Assembly (NCBI GenBank): GCA_964016885.1
Contig: OZ024741.1
Span: forward strand, 407,960,001-408,024,000
DNA: 64,000 nt
DNA from: Eledone cirrhosa
Taxonomy: Eukaryota
Direction of reading: 5' to 3'
The notes below the pieces were generated by a model that did no database searches, was not told the DNA's origin, and saw nothing but the letters and a program-made list of their open reading frames with translations. Below, piece after piece: positions 12,001 through 24,000 of the stretch; position 1 is the first letter of the stretch, and every line of letters begins with the position of its first letter. The position numbers and the translations under genes are program-made.

Positions 12001-15000
12001 GGTGGTGTTGGTGGTAGTGTTGGTACTGCTACTGGTGGTGTTGGTGGTAGTGTTGGTACTGGTACTGGTGGTTTTGGTGGTAATGTTGGTACTGGTAGTG
12101 TTGGTGGTAGTGTTGGTACTGGTGGTGTTGGTGGTAGTGTTGGTACTGGTACTGGTGGTGTTGGTGGTAGTGTTGGCACTGGTGGTGTTGGTGGTAGTGT
12201 TGGTACTGGTGGTGTTGGTGGTAGTGTTGGTACTGGTGGTGTTGGTGGTAGTGTTGGTACTGGTGGTGTTGGTGGTATTGTTGGTACTGGTACTGGTGGT
12301 GTTGGTGGTAGTGTTGGTACTGGTGGTGTTGGTGTAGTGTTGGTACTGATGGTGTTGGTACTGGTGGTGTTGGTGTTAGTGTTGGTACTGGTGGTGTTGG
12401 TGGTAGTGTTGGTACTGGTACTGGTGGTGTTGGTGGTAGTGTTGGTACTGGTGGTGTTGGTGTAGTGTTGGTACTGATGGTGTTGGTACTGGTGGTGTTG
12501 GTGGTAGTGTTGGTACTGGTGGTGTTGGTGGTAGTGTTGGTACTGGTGGTGTTGGTGGTAGTGTTGTTACTGGTGGTGTTGGTGGTAGTGTTGGTACTGG
12601 TGGTGGAGGTGGTAGTGTTGGTACTGGTGGTGTTGGTGGTAGTGTTGGTACTGGTGGTGTTGGTGTTAGTGTTGTTTTTGGTGGTATTTGTGGTAGTGTT
12701 TGTACTGATGGTGGAGGTGGTAGTGTTGGTACTGGTGGTGTTGGTGGTAGTGTTGGTACTGGTGGTGGTGGTGGTAGTGTTGGTACTGGTGGTGTTGGTG
12801 GTAGTGTTGGTACTGGTGGTGTTGGTGGTAGTGTTGGTACTGGTACTGGTGGTGTTGGTGGTAGTGTTGGTACTGGTGGTGTTGGTGGTAGTGTTGGTAC
12901 TGCTGGTGTTGGTGGTAGTGTTGGTACTGGTGGTGTTGGTGGCAGTGTTTTTACTGGTGGTGGAGGTGGTAGTGTTGGTACTGGTGGTGTTGGTGGTAGT
13001 GTTGGTACTGATGGTGGAGGTGGTAGTGTTGGTACTGGTGGTGTTGGTGGTAGTGTTGGTACTGGTGGTGTTGGTGTTAGTGTTTGTACTCGTGGTGTTG
13101 GTGGTAGTGTTGGTACTGCTGGTGTAGGTGGTAGTGTTGGTACTGGTGGTGTTGGTGGTAGTGTTGGTACTGGTGGTGTTGGTGGTAGTGTTGGTACTGG
13201 TGGTGTTGGTGGTAGTGTTGGTACTGGTGGTGTTGGTGGTAGTGTTGGTGGTAGCGTTGGTACTGGTGGTGTTGGTGGTAGTGTTGGTACTGGTGGTGTT
13301 GGTGGTAGTGTTGGTACTGGTGGTGTTGGTGGTAGTGTTGTTACTGGTGGTGGTTGTGGTAGTGTTGGTACTGGTGGTGTTGGTGGTAGTGTTGGTACTG
13401 GTGGTGGAGGTGGTAGTGTTGGTACTGGTGGTGTTGGTGGTAGTGTTGGTACTGGTGGTGTTGGTGGTAGTGTTGGTACTGATGGTGTTGGTGGTAGTGT
13501 TGGTACTGGTGGTGTTGGTGGTAGTGTTGGTACTGGTGGTGTTGGTGGTAGTGTTGGTACTGGTGGTGTTGGTGGTAGTGTTGGTACTGGTACTTGTGGT
13601 TTTGGTGGTAGTGTTGGTACTGGTGGTGTTGGTGGTAATGTTGGTACTGGTTGTGTTGGTGGTAGTGTTGGTACTGGTGGTGGTGGTTTTGGTACTGGTG
13701 GTGGTGGTGGTAGTGTTGGTACTGGTAGTGTTGGTGGTAGTGAGGGTACTGGTGGTGTTGGTGGTAGTGTTGGTACTGGTGGTGGTGGTGGTAGTGTTGG
13801 TACTGGTACTGGTGGTGGTGGTGGTGGTGGTAGTGTTGGTACTGGTGGTGTTGATGGTAGTGTTGGTAGTGGTAGTGTTGGTGGTAGTGTTGGTACTGGT
13901 GGTGTTGGTGGTAGTGTTGGTACTGGTGGTGTTGGTTGTAGTGTTGGTACTGGTACTGGTGGTGTTGGTGGTAGTGTTGGTATTGGTGGTGTTGGTGGTA
14001 GTGTTGGTACTGCTGGTGTTGGTGGTAGTGTTGGTACTGGTGGAGGTTGGTGGTAGTGTTGGTACTGGTGGTGTTGTTGGTAGTGTTGTTACTGGTGGTA
14101 TTGGTGGTAGTGTTGGTACTGATGGTGGAGGTGGTAGTGTTGGTACTGGTGGTGTTGGTGGTAGTGTTGGTACTGGTGTTGTTGGTGGTAGTGTTGGTAC
14201 TGGTGGTGTTGGTGGTAGTGTTGGTACTGGTGGTGTTGGTGGTAGTGTTGTTACTGGTGGTGTTGGTGGTAGTGTTGGTACTGGTGGTGGAGGTGGTAGT
14301 GTTGGTACTGGTGGTGTTGGTGGTAGTGTTGGTACTGGTGGTGTTGGTGGTAGTGTTGTTACTGGTGGTATTGGTGGTAGTGTTAGTAGCGGTGGTGTTG
14401 GTGGTAGTGTTGTTACTGGTGGTGTTGGTGGTAGTGTTGGTACTGGTACTGGTGGCGTTGGTTATAGTGTTGGTACTGGTGGTGTTGGTGGTAGTGTTGG
14501 TACTGGTGGTGTTGGTGGTAGTATTGGTACTGGTGTTGTTGGTGGTAGTGTTGGTACAGGTATTGGTTGTGTTGGTGGTAGTGTTGGTACTAGTGGTGTT
14601 GGTGGCAGTGTTGTTAATGGGGGTGTTGGTGGTAGTGTTTTTACTGGTGGATTGGTGGTAGTGTTGGTACTGGTGGTGTTGGTGGTAGTGTTGGTACTGG
14701 TGGTGTTGGTGATAGTGTGGGTACTGCTGGTGTTGGTGGTAGTGTTGGTACTGGTGGTGTTGGTGGTAGTGTTGGCACTGGTGGTGTTGGTAGTAGTGTT
14801 GGTACTGGTGGTTTTGGTGGTATTGTTGGTAATGGTGGTGTTGGTGGTAGTGTTGGTACTGGTGGTGTTGGTGGTAGTGTTGGTACTGGTGGAGTGTATT
14901 GTAGTGTTGGTACTGGTGGTGTTGGTGGTAGTGTTGGTACTGGTGGTGTTGGTGGTAGTGTTGGTACTGGTGGTGTTGGTTGTAGTGTTGGTACTGGTGG

Positions 15001-18000
15001 TGTTGGTGGTAGTGTTGGTACTGGTGGTGTTGGTGGTAGTGTTGTTACTGGTGGTGTTGTTGGTAGTGTTGGTACTGGTGGTGTTGGTGGTAGTGTTGGT
15101 ACTGGTGGTGTTGGTGGTAGTGTTGGTACTGGTGGTGTTGGTGGTAGTGTTGTTACTGGTGGTGTTGGTGGTAGTGTTGGTACTGGTACTGGTGGTGTTG
15201 GTGGTAGTGTTGGTACTGGTGGTGTTGGTGGTAGTGTTGGTACTTCTGGTGTTGGTGGTAGTGTTGGTACTGGTGGTGTTGGTGGTAGTGTTGGTACTGG
15301 TGGTGTTGGTGGTAGTGTTGGTACTGTTGGTGTTGGTGGTAGTGTTGGTACTGGTACTGGTGGTGTTGGTGGTAGTGTTGGTACTGGTGGTGTTGGTGGT
15401 AGTGTTGGTACTGATGGTGTTGGTACTGGTGGTGTTGGTGGTAGTGTTGGTACTGGTGGTGTTGGTGGTAGTGTTAGTACTGGTGGTGTTGGTGGTAGTT
15501 TGGTACTGGTGGTGTTGGTGGTAGTGTTGTTACTGGTGGTGGTAGTGTTGCTACTGGTGGTGTTGGTGATAGTGTTGGTACTGCTGGTGTTGGTGGTAGT
15601 GTTGGTACTGGTGGTATTGGTGGGAGTGTTGGCACTGGTGGTGTAGGTAGTAGTGTTGGTACTGGTGGTGTTGGTGGTAGTGTTAGTACTGGTGGTGTTG
15701 GTGGTAGTTTGGTACTGGTGGTGTTGGTGGTAGTGTTGTTACTGGTGGTGGTGGTGGTGGTAGTGTTGGTACTGGTGGTGTTGGTGGTAGTGTTGGTACT
15801 GTTACTGGTGGTGTTGGTGGTAGTGTTGTTACTGGTGGTATTGGTGGTAGTGTTGGTACTGGTGGTGTTGGTGGTAGTGTTGGTACTGTTACTGGTGGTG
15901 TTGGTGGTAGTGTTGTTACTGGTGGTGTTGGTGGTAGTGTTGGTACTGGTGGTGTTGGTGGTAGTGTTGGTACTGGTGGTGTTGGTGGTAGTGTTAGTAC
16001 TGGTGGTGTTGGTGGTAGTGTTGTTACTGGTGGTGTTGGTGGTAGTGTTGGTACTGGTGGTGTTGCTGGTAGTGTTGGTACTGGTGGTGTTGGTGGTAGT
16101 GTTGGTACTGGTGGTGTTGGTGGTAGTGTTGGTACTGGTGGTATTGGTGGTAGTGTTGGTACTGGTGGTGTTGCTGGTAGTGTTGGTACTGGTGGTGTTG
16201 GTGGTAGTGTTGGTACTGGTGGTGTTGGTGGTAGTGTTGGTACTGGTGGTGTTGGTGGTAGTGTTGGTACTGGTGGTGTTGGTGGCAGTGTTGTTACTGG
16301 TGGTGTTGGTGGTTGTGTTGGTACTGGTACTGTTGGTGTTGGTGGTAGTGTTGGTACTGGTGGTGTTGGTGGTAGTGTTGTTACTGGTGGTGGTGGTGGT
16401 AGTGTTGTTGGTAGTGTTGGTACTGGTACTGGTGGTGTTGGTGGTAGTATTGTTACTGGTGGTGTTGGTGGTAGTGTTGGTACTGGTGGTATTTATGGTC
16501 GTGTTGGTACTGGTGGTGTTGGTGGTAGTGTTGGTACTGGTGGTGTTGGTGGTAGTGTTGTTACAAGTGGTATTGGTGGTAGTGTTGGTACTGGTGGTGT
16601 TGGTGGTAGTGTTGTTACAAGTGGTGTTGGTGGTAGTGCTGGTACTGGTGGTATTGGTGGTAGTGTTGGTACTGGTGGTGTTGGTGGTAGTGTTTGTACT
16701 GGTGGTGTTGGTGGTAGTCTTTGTACTGGTGGTGTTGGTGGGAGTGTTGGTACTTGTGGTATTGGAGGTAGAGTTGGTACTGGTGGTGTTGGTGTTGGTG
16801 GTAGTGTTGGTACTCGTGGTGTTGGTGGTAGTGTTGGTACTGGTGGTGTTGGTGGTAGTGTTGTTACAAGTGGTGCTGGTGGTAGTGTTGGTACTCGTGG
16901 TGTTGGTGGTAGTGTTGGTACTGGTGGTGTTGGTGGTAGTGTTTATACTGGTGGTATTGGTGGTAGTGTTGGTACTGGTGGTGTTTGTGGTTGTGTTGGT
17001 ACTGGTGGTGTTGGTGGTAGTGTTGGTACTGCTGGTGTTGGTGTTGGTGGTAGTGTTGGTACTGGTGGTGGTTGTGGTAGTGTTGGCACTGGTGGTGTTG
17101 GTGGTAGTGTTGGTACTGGTGGTGGAGGTGGTAGTGTTGGTACTGGTGGTGTTGGTGGTAGTGTTGGTACTGGTGGTGTTGGTGGTAGTGTTGGTACTGG
17201 TGGTGTTGGTGGTAGTGTTGGTAATGGTGGTGTTGGTGGTATTGTTGGTACTGATGGTGTTGATGGTAGTGTTGGTACTGGTGGTGTTGGTGGTAGCGTT
17301 GGTACTAATGGTGTTGGTGGTAGTGTTGGTACTGGTGGTGTTGGTGGTAGTGTTGGTACTGGTGGTGCTGGTGGTAGTGTTGGTAATGGTGGTGTTGGTG
17401 GTAGTGTTGGTACTGGTACTGGTGGTTTTGGTGGTAGTGTTGGTACTGGTGGTGTTGGTGGTAATGTTGGTACTGGTTGTGTTGGTGGTAGTGTTGGTAC
17501 TGGTGGTGGTGGTTTTGGTAGTGGTGGTGGTGGTGGTAGTGTTGGTACTGGTAGTGTTGGTGGTAGTGAGGGTACTGGTGGTATTGGTGGTAGTGTTGGT
17601 ACTGGTACTGGTGGTGTTGGTGGTAGTGTTGGTACTGGTGGTGGTGGTGGTAGTGTTGGTACTGGTACTGGTGGTGGTGGTGGTGGTGGTGGTAGTGTTG
17701 GTACTGGTGGTGTTGATGGTAGTGTTGGTACTGGTGGTGTTGGTGGTAGTGTTGGTACTGCTGGTGTTGGTGGTAGTGTTGGTACTGGTGGAGGTTGGTG
17801 GTAGTGTTGGTACTGGTGGTGTTGTTGGTAGTGTTGTTACTGGTGGTATTGGTGGTAGTGTTGGTACTGATAGTGGAGGTGGTAGTGTTGGTACTGGTGG
17901 TGTTGGTGGTAGTGTTGGTACTGGTGTTGTTGGTGGTAGTGTTGGTGCTGGTGGTGTTGGTGGTAGTGTTGGTACTGGTGGTGTTGGTGGTAGTGTTGTT

Positions 18001-21000
18001 ACTGGTGGTGTTGGTGGTAGTGTTGGTACTGGTGGTGGAGGTGGTAGTGTTGGTACTGGTGGTGTTGGTGGTAGTGTTGGTACTGGTGGTGTTGGTGGTA
18101 GTGTTGTTACTGGTGGTATTGGTGGTAGTGTTTGTACTGATGGTGGAGGTGGTAGTGTTGGTACTGGTGGTGGTGGTGGTAGTGTTGGTACTGGTGGTGG
18201 TGGTGGTGGTAGTGTTGGTACTGGTGGTGTTGGTGGTAGTGTTGGTACTGGTGGTGTTGGTGGTAGTGTTGTTATTGGTGGTGTTGGTGGTAGTGTTGGT
18301 AGCGGTGGTGTTGGTGGTAGTGTTGGTTTTGGTACAGGTGGTGTTGGTGGTAGTGTTGGTACTGGTGGTGTTGCTGGTAGTGTTGTACTGGTGGTGTTGG
18401 TGGTAGAGTTGTTACTGGTGGTGTTGGTGGTAGTGTTGGTACTGGTGGTGTTGGTGGTAGTGTTGTTACTGGTGGTGTTGGTGGTAGTGTTAGTAGCGGT
18501 GGTGTTGGTGGTAGTGTTGTTACTGGTGGTGTTGGTGGTAGTGTTGGTACTGGTACTGGTGGCGTTGGTTATAGTGTTGGTACTGGTGGTGTTGGTGGTA
18601 GTGTTGGTACTGGTGGTGTTGGTGGTAGTATTGGTACTGGTGGTGTTGGTGGTAGTGTTGGTACAGGTATTGGTTGTGTTGGTACTGGTGGTGTTGGTGG
18701 TAGTGTTGGTACTGATGGTGTTGGTACTGGTGGTGTTGGTGGTAGTGTTGGTACTGGTGGTGTTGGTGGTAGTGTTGGTACTGGTGGTGTTGGTGATAGT
18801 GTTGGTACTGCTGGTGTTGGTGGTAGTGTTGGTACTGGTGGTGTTGGTGGTAGTGTTGGCACTGGTGGTGTTGGTAGTAGTGTTGGTACTGGTGGTGTTG
18901 GTGGTATTGTTGGTAATGGTAGTGTTGGTGGTAGTGAGGGTACTGGTGGTATTGGTGGTAGTGTTGGTACTGGTACTGGTGGTGTTGGTGGTAGTGTTGG
19001 TACTGGTGGTGGTGGTGGTAGTGTTGGTACTGGTACTGGTGGTGGTGGTGGTGGTGGTGGTAGTGTTGGTACTGGTGGTGTTGATGGTAGTGTTGGTACT
19101 GGTGGTGTTGGTGGTAGTGTTGGTACTGCTGGTGTTGGTGGTAGTGTTGGTACTGGTGGAGGTTGGTGGTAGTGTTGGTACTGGTGGTGTTGTTGGTAGT
19201 GTTGTTACTGGTGGTATTGGTGGTAGTGTTGGTACTGATAGTGGAGGTGGTAGTGTTGGTACTGGTGGTGTTGGTGGTAGTGTTGGTACTGGTGTTGTTG
19301 GTGGTAGTGTTGGTGCTGGTGGTGTTGGTGGTAGTGTTGGTACTGGTGGTGTTGGTGGTAGTGTTGTTACTGGTGGTGTTGGTGGTAGTGTTGGTACTGG
19401 TGGTGGAGGTGGTAGTGTTCGTACTGGTGGTGTTGGTGGTAGTGTTGGTACTGGTGGTGTTGGTGGTAGTGTTGTTACTGGTGGTATTGGTGGTAGTGTT
19501 TGTACTGATGGTGGAGGTGGTAGTGTTGGTACTGGTGGTGGTGGTGGTAGTGTTGGTACTGGTGGTGGTGGTGGTGGTAGTGTTGGTACTGGTGGTGTTG
19601 GTGGTAGTGTTGGTACTGGTGGTGTTGGTGGTAGTGTTGTTATTGGTGGTGTTGGTGGTAGTGTTGGTAGCGGTGGTGTTGGTGGTAGTGTTGGTTTTGG
19701 TACAGGTGGTGTTGGTGGTAGTGTTGGTACTGGTGGTGTTGCTGGTAGTGTTGTACTGGTGGTGTTGGTGGTAGAGTTGTTACTGGTGGTGTTGGTGGTA
19801 GTGTTGGTACTGGTGGTGTTGGTGGTAGTGTTGTTACTGGTGGTGTTGGTGGTAGTGTTAGTAGCGGTGGTGTTGGTGGTAGTGTTGTTACTGGTGGTGT
19901 TGGTGGTAGTGTTGGTACTGGTACTGGTGGCGTTGGTTATAGTGTTGGTACTGGTGGTGTTGGTGGTAGTGTTGGTACTGGTGGTGTTGGTGGTAGTATT
20001 GGTACTGGTGGTGTTGGTGGTAGTGTTGGTACAGGTATTGGTTGTGTTGGTACTGGTGGTGTTGGTGGTAGTGTTGGTACTGATGGTGTTGGTACTGGTG
20101 GTGTTGGTGGTAGTGTTGGTACTGGTGGTGTTGGTGGTAGTGTTGGTACTGGTGGTGTTGGTGATAGTGTTGGTACTGCTGGTGTTGGTGGTAGTGTTGG
20201 TACTGGTGGTGTTGGTGGTAGTGTTGGCACTGGTGGTGTTGGTAGTAGTGTTGGTACTGGTGGTGTTGGTGGTATTGTTGGTAATGGTGGTGTTGGTGGT
20301 AGTGTTGGTACTGGTGGTGTTGGTGGTAGTGTTGTTACTGGTGGTGTTGGTTGTAGTGTTGGTACTGGTGGTGTTGGTGGTAGTGTTGGTACTGGTGGTG
20401 TTGGTGGTAGTGTTGTTACTGGTGGTATTGGTGGTAGTGTTTGTACTGATGTTGGAGGTGGTAGTGTTGGTACTGGTGGTGTTGGTGGTAGTGTTGGTAC
20501 TGGTGGTGGTGGTGGTAGTGTTGGTACTGGTGGTGTTGGTGGTAGTGTTGGTACTGGTACTGGTGGTGTTGGTGGTAGTGTTGGTACTGGTGGTGTTGGT
20601 GGTAGTGTTGGTACTTCTGGTGTTGGTGGTAGTGTTGGTACTGGTGGTGTTGGTGGTAGTGTTGGTACTGGTGGTGTTGGTGGTAGTGTTGTTACTGGTG
20701 GTATTGGTGGTAGTGTTGGTACTGATGGTGGAGGTGGTAGTGTTGGTACTGGTGGTGTTGGTGGTAGTGTTGGTACTGGTGGTGTTGGTGGTAGTGTTGG
20801 TACTGGTGGTGTTGGTGGTAGTGTTGTTACTTGTGGTATTGGTGGTAGTCTTTGTACTGGTGGTGTTGGTGGTAGTGTTGGTACTGGTGGTGTTGGAGGT
20901 AGTGTTGGTACTGGTGGTGTTGGTGGTAATGTGTTACTGATGGTGTTGGTGGTAGTGTTGGTACTGGTAGTGTTGGTACTGGTAGTGTTGGTGGTAGTGT

Positions 21001-24000
21001 TGGTACTGGTGGTGTTGGTGGTAGTGTTGTTAATGGTGGTGTTGGTGGTAGTATTGGTACTGGTGGTGTTGGTGGTAGTGTTGTTAATGGTGGTGTTGGT
21101 GGTAGTATTGGTACTGGTGGTGTTGGTGGTAGTGTTGGTCTGGTGGTGTTGGTGGTAGTGTTGGTACTGGTGGTGTTGGCGGTAGTATTGGTACTGGTGG
21201 TGTTGGTGGTAGTGTTGTTACTGGTGGTGGTGGTGGTAGTGTTGGTACTGGTGGTGTTGGTGGTAGTGTGTTACTGATGGTGTTGGTGGTAGTGTTGGTA
21301 CTGGTAGTGTTGGTACTGGTAGTGTTGGTGGTAGTGTTGGTACTGGTGGTGGAGATGGTAGTGTTGGTACTGGTGGTGGTGGTGGTAGTGTTGGTATTGG
21401 TGGTGTTTCGTGGTAGTTTTGGTACTGGTGGTGGTGGTGGTAGTGTTGGTACTGGTGGTGTTGGTGGTAGTGTTGTGACTGGTGGTGGTGGTGGTAGTGT
21501 TGGTGGTAGTGTTGTTACTGGTGGTGTTGGTGATAGTGTTGGTACTGGTGGTATTGGTGGTAGTGTTGGTAGTAGTGTTGGTACTGGTGGTGTTGGTGGT
21601 AGTGTTGGTACTGTTGGTGTTGGTGGTACTGTTGGTACTGGAGGTGTTGGTAGTAGTGTTGGTACTGGTGGTGTTGGTGATAGTGTTGGTACTGGTGGTG
21701 TTGGTGGTAGTGTTGGTACTGGTGGTGTTGGTGGTAGTGTTGGTACTGGTGGTGTTGGTAGTAGTGTTGGTACTGGTGGTGTTGGTGGTAGTGTTGGTAC
21801 TGGTGGTGTTGGTGGTAGTGTTGGTACTGGTGGTGTTGGTGGTAGTGTTGTTACTGGTGGTATTGGTGGTAGTGTTGGTACTGGTGGTGTTGTTGGTAGT
21901 GTTGGTACCGGTGTTGTTGGTAGTGTTGTTACTGGTGGTATTGGTGGTAGTGTTGGTACTGGTGGTGGAGGTGGTAGTGTTGGTACTGGTGGTGTTGGTG
22001 GTAGTGTTGGTACTGGTACTGGTGGTTTTGGTGGTAGTGTTGGTATTGGTGGTGGAGGTGGTAGTGTTGTTACTGGTGGTGTTGGTGGTTGTGCTGTTAC
22101 TGCTGGTGTTGGTGGTAGTGTTGTTACTGGTGGTGGTGGTGGTAGTGTTGGTACTGGTGGTGTTGGTGGTAGTGTTGGTACTGGTACTGGTGGTTTTGGT
22201 GGTAGTGTTGGTATTGGTGGTGGAGGTGGTAGTGTTGTTACTGGTGGTGTTGGTAGTAGTGTTGATACTGGTGGTGTTGGTGGTAGTGTTGTTACTGGTG
22301 GTGGTGGTGGTAGTGTTGGTACTGGTGGTGTTGGTGGTAGTGTTGTTACTGGTGGTGGTGGTGGTGGTGGTGGTAGTGTTGGTACTGGTGGTGTTGGTGG
22401 TAGTGTTAGTACTGGTGGTGTTGGTGGTAGTGTTGGTACTGGTGGTGTTGGAGGTAGTGTTGGTACTGGTGGTGTTGGTGGTAGTGTTGGTACTGGTGGT
22501 GGTGGTGGTAGTATTGGTACTGGTGGTGTTGGTGGTAGTGTTGTTACAGGTGGTATTGGTGGTAGTGTTGGTACTGGTGGTGTTGTTGGTAGTGTTGGTA
22601 CTGGTACTGGTGGTGTAGGTGGTAGTGTTGGTACTGGTGGTGTTGGTGGTGGTGTTGGTACTGGTGGTGGTGGTGGTGGTAGTGTTGGTACTGGTGGTGT
22701 TGGTGGTAGTGTTGTTACAGGTGGTATTGGTGGTAGTGTTGGTACTGGTGGTGTTGTTGGTAGTGTTGGTACTGGTACTGGTGGTGTTGGTGGTAGTGTT
22801 GTTACTGGTGGCGGTGGTGGTAGCGTTGGTACTGGTGGTGTGGGTGGTAGTGTTGTTACTGGTGGTGTTGGTGGTTGTGTTGGTAATGGTAGTGTTGGTG
22901 GTAGTGTTGGTACTGTTGGTGGAGGTGGTAGTGTTGATACTGGTGGTGTTGGTGGTAGTGTTGATACTGGCGGTGTTGGTGGTAGTGTTGATACTGGTGG
23001 TGTTGGTGGTGGTGTTGTTACAGGTGGTGTTGGTGGTAGTGTTGGTACTGGTGGTGTTGGTGGTAGTGTTGGTACTGGTGGTGGAGGTGGTAGTGTTGGT
23101 ACTGGTGGTGGTCGTGGTAGTGTTGGTACTGGTGGTGTTGGTGGTAGTACTGGTACTGGTGGTGTTGGTGGTTGTGTTGGTACTGGTGGTGTTGGTGGTA
23201 GTGTTGGTACTGGTGGTGTTGGTGGTAGTGTTGGTACTGGTGGTGTTGGTGGTAGTGTTGGTACTGGTACTGCTGGTGTTGGTGGTAGTGTTGGTACTGG
23301 TGGTGTTGGTGGTAGTGTTGGTACTGGTAGTGTTGGTGGTAGTGTTGGTACTGGTGGTGTTAGTGGTATTGTTGGTACTGGTGGTGTTAGTGGTATTGTT
23401 GGTACTGGTGGTGTTGGTGGTAGTGTTGGTACTGGTGGTGTTGGTGGTAGTGTTGTTACTGGTGGTGGTGGTGGTAGTGTTGGTACTGGTGGTGTTGGTG
23501 GTAGTGTTGTTACTGGTGGTGTTGGTGTTAGTGTTGGCACTGATGGTGGAGGTGGTAGTGTTGGTACTGGTGGTGGAGGTGGTAGTGTTGGTACTGGTGG
23601 TGGAGGTGGTAGTGTTGGTACTGGTGGTGTTGGTGGTAGTGTTGGTATTGGTGGTGGAGGTGGTAGTGTTGGTACTGGTGGTGTTGGTGGTAGTGTTGGT
23701 ACTGGTGGTGGAGGTGGTAGTGTTGGTACTGGTGGTGTTGGTGGTAGTGTTGGTACTGGTGGTGTTGGTGGTAGTGTTGGTACTGGTGGTGAAGGTGGTA
23801 GTGTTGGTACTGGTGGTGTTGGTGGTAGTGTTGGTACTGGTGGTGTTGGTGGTAGTGTTGGTACTGATGGTGTTGGTACTGGTGGTGTTGGTGGTAGTGA
23901 TTATACTGGTGGTGTTGGTGTTAGTGTTGGTACTGCTGGTGTTGGTGGTAGTGTTGGTACTGGTGGTGTTGGTGGTAGTGTTGGTACTGGTGGTGTTCGT

